64,000 nt of DNA from assembly GCA_964391805.1 (NCBI GenBank), contig CAYMNK010000004.1, positions 91,986 to 155,985 on the forward strand, read 5' to 3'. Below are positions 63,721 to 64,000 of this stretch, one piece after another; position 1 is the stretch's first letter; the number at the start of each line of letters is the position of its first letter. The notes beneath the pieces are model-generated. The model was not told where the DNA came from. It was given only the letters and a program-made list of their open reading frames with translations, and made no database searches. Source of the stretch: an uncultured Christensenellaceae bacterium (lineage in GTDB: Bacteria; Bacillota; Clostridia; Christensenellales; CAG-1252). Made by a program: the position numbers and the translations under genes.

Positions 63721-63948
63721 GGTATGTGCTTTTTTACACTTTTTTACAAGGATTTTAGATACTGCAAGGCAAGCCTTGCACTGCTTCGCAGTTCGACTCC
63801 AGGGCAATACCCTTTCGCTCATTATGACAAGATGGGGCGCTATCGCTTACCCTAATTTGGATAAGGGGATTACTAATCGTCCCTATTTCTTGTAATATAT
63901 TATTAGTACTTTTGTAAATAGTATGCGACTTTATGATGTTTTTCGTGG
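63721..63948 (+). repeat. Mosaic intergenic repeat locus R9 (one type-1 unit with divergent H1, tail and tail module)
   Basis: GATTTTAGATAC, H1 (TGCAAGGC-AA-GCCTTGCA), H2 (TGC-TTC-GCA), GTTCGACTCC, H3 (AGGG-CAATA-CCCT), TTCGCTCATTATGAC, ...GGGGATTACTAATCGTCCC...TTGTAATATATTATTAGTA. Confidence 0.8.
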
Positions 63949-63949
63949 A

Positions 63950-64000
63950 ATTAATCTTCGTACTTTTCGACGGTAAGACCGGCCTCGTTGAACATTTCCA
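63950..64000 (-). CDS. 3' end of an unidentified CDS (partial)
   Basis: Minus-strand frame reads ...MFNEAGLTVEKYED-stop, with TAA at 63952-63950. Only 16 codons are visible. Confidence 0.3.

Noticed and set aside
7229-63948. Possibility that the repeats are a CRISPR array or arrays
   Set aside because: There is no constant direct repeat alternating with unique spacers of similar length. The units are heterogeneous mosaics, the loci are scattered, and no cas genes are present.
1-64000. Prophage, integrative element or defence island
   Set aside because: No integrase, recombinase, transposase, phage structural, restriction-modification, toxin-antitoxin or known defence-gene signature was found in any ORF. 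Apart from the small AT-rich islet at 56.2-57.8 kb, the gene content is housekeeping and sporulation.

Overview
AT-rich (by eye about 35-40% GC) chromosomal segment from a spore-forming Firmicutes/Clostridia-type bacterium. It holds about 70 genes, almost all on the minus strand. Gene order follows two conserved Bacillus/Clostridium blocks: yqfC-yqfD-phoH-pgpH-ybeY-era, and spoIIIAA-AH / asp23 / nusB / xseAB / dxs / tlyA / nadK / argR / recN / spoIVB. Around these sit infC-rpmI, rpmB with yloU-yloV, obg, nth, ddl-murF, rimI-tsaB-tsaE, scpAB, hslO and asd. There is a tRNA-Gly/Cys/Leu cluster and an FMN riboswitch in front of a RibU-type transporter. No rRNA, CRISPR array, transposase, integrase or recognisable defence system was seen. 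The most unusual content is non-coding: a dispersed mosaic repeat family at about 10 intergenic loci, roughly 3 kb or about 5% of the window. It is built from small hairpins joined by conserved linkers and a conserved CGCTCAGTATGAC word. The hairpin stems show compensatory substitutions between copies, and 14 of 15 exact motif copies share one orientation. I could not assign it to any element I know; its architecture resembles BIME/REP elements. Secondary oddities are an in-frame RibU-TsaE fusion behind the FMN riboswitch, a MurF-like ligase whose N-terminal domain is replaced by a polytopic membrane domain, an orphan ABC ATPase with degenerate catalytic motifs, and an alpha/beta hydrolase that appears to lack its catalytic Ser and His. 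Others are a lipoprotein serpin, a tRNA-Gly with a non-canonical T-loop, and an AT-rich islet gene whose SD, ATG and signal anchor are cut off by a 7-A homopolymer frameshift.
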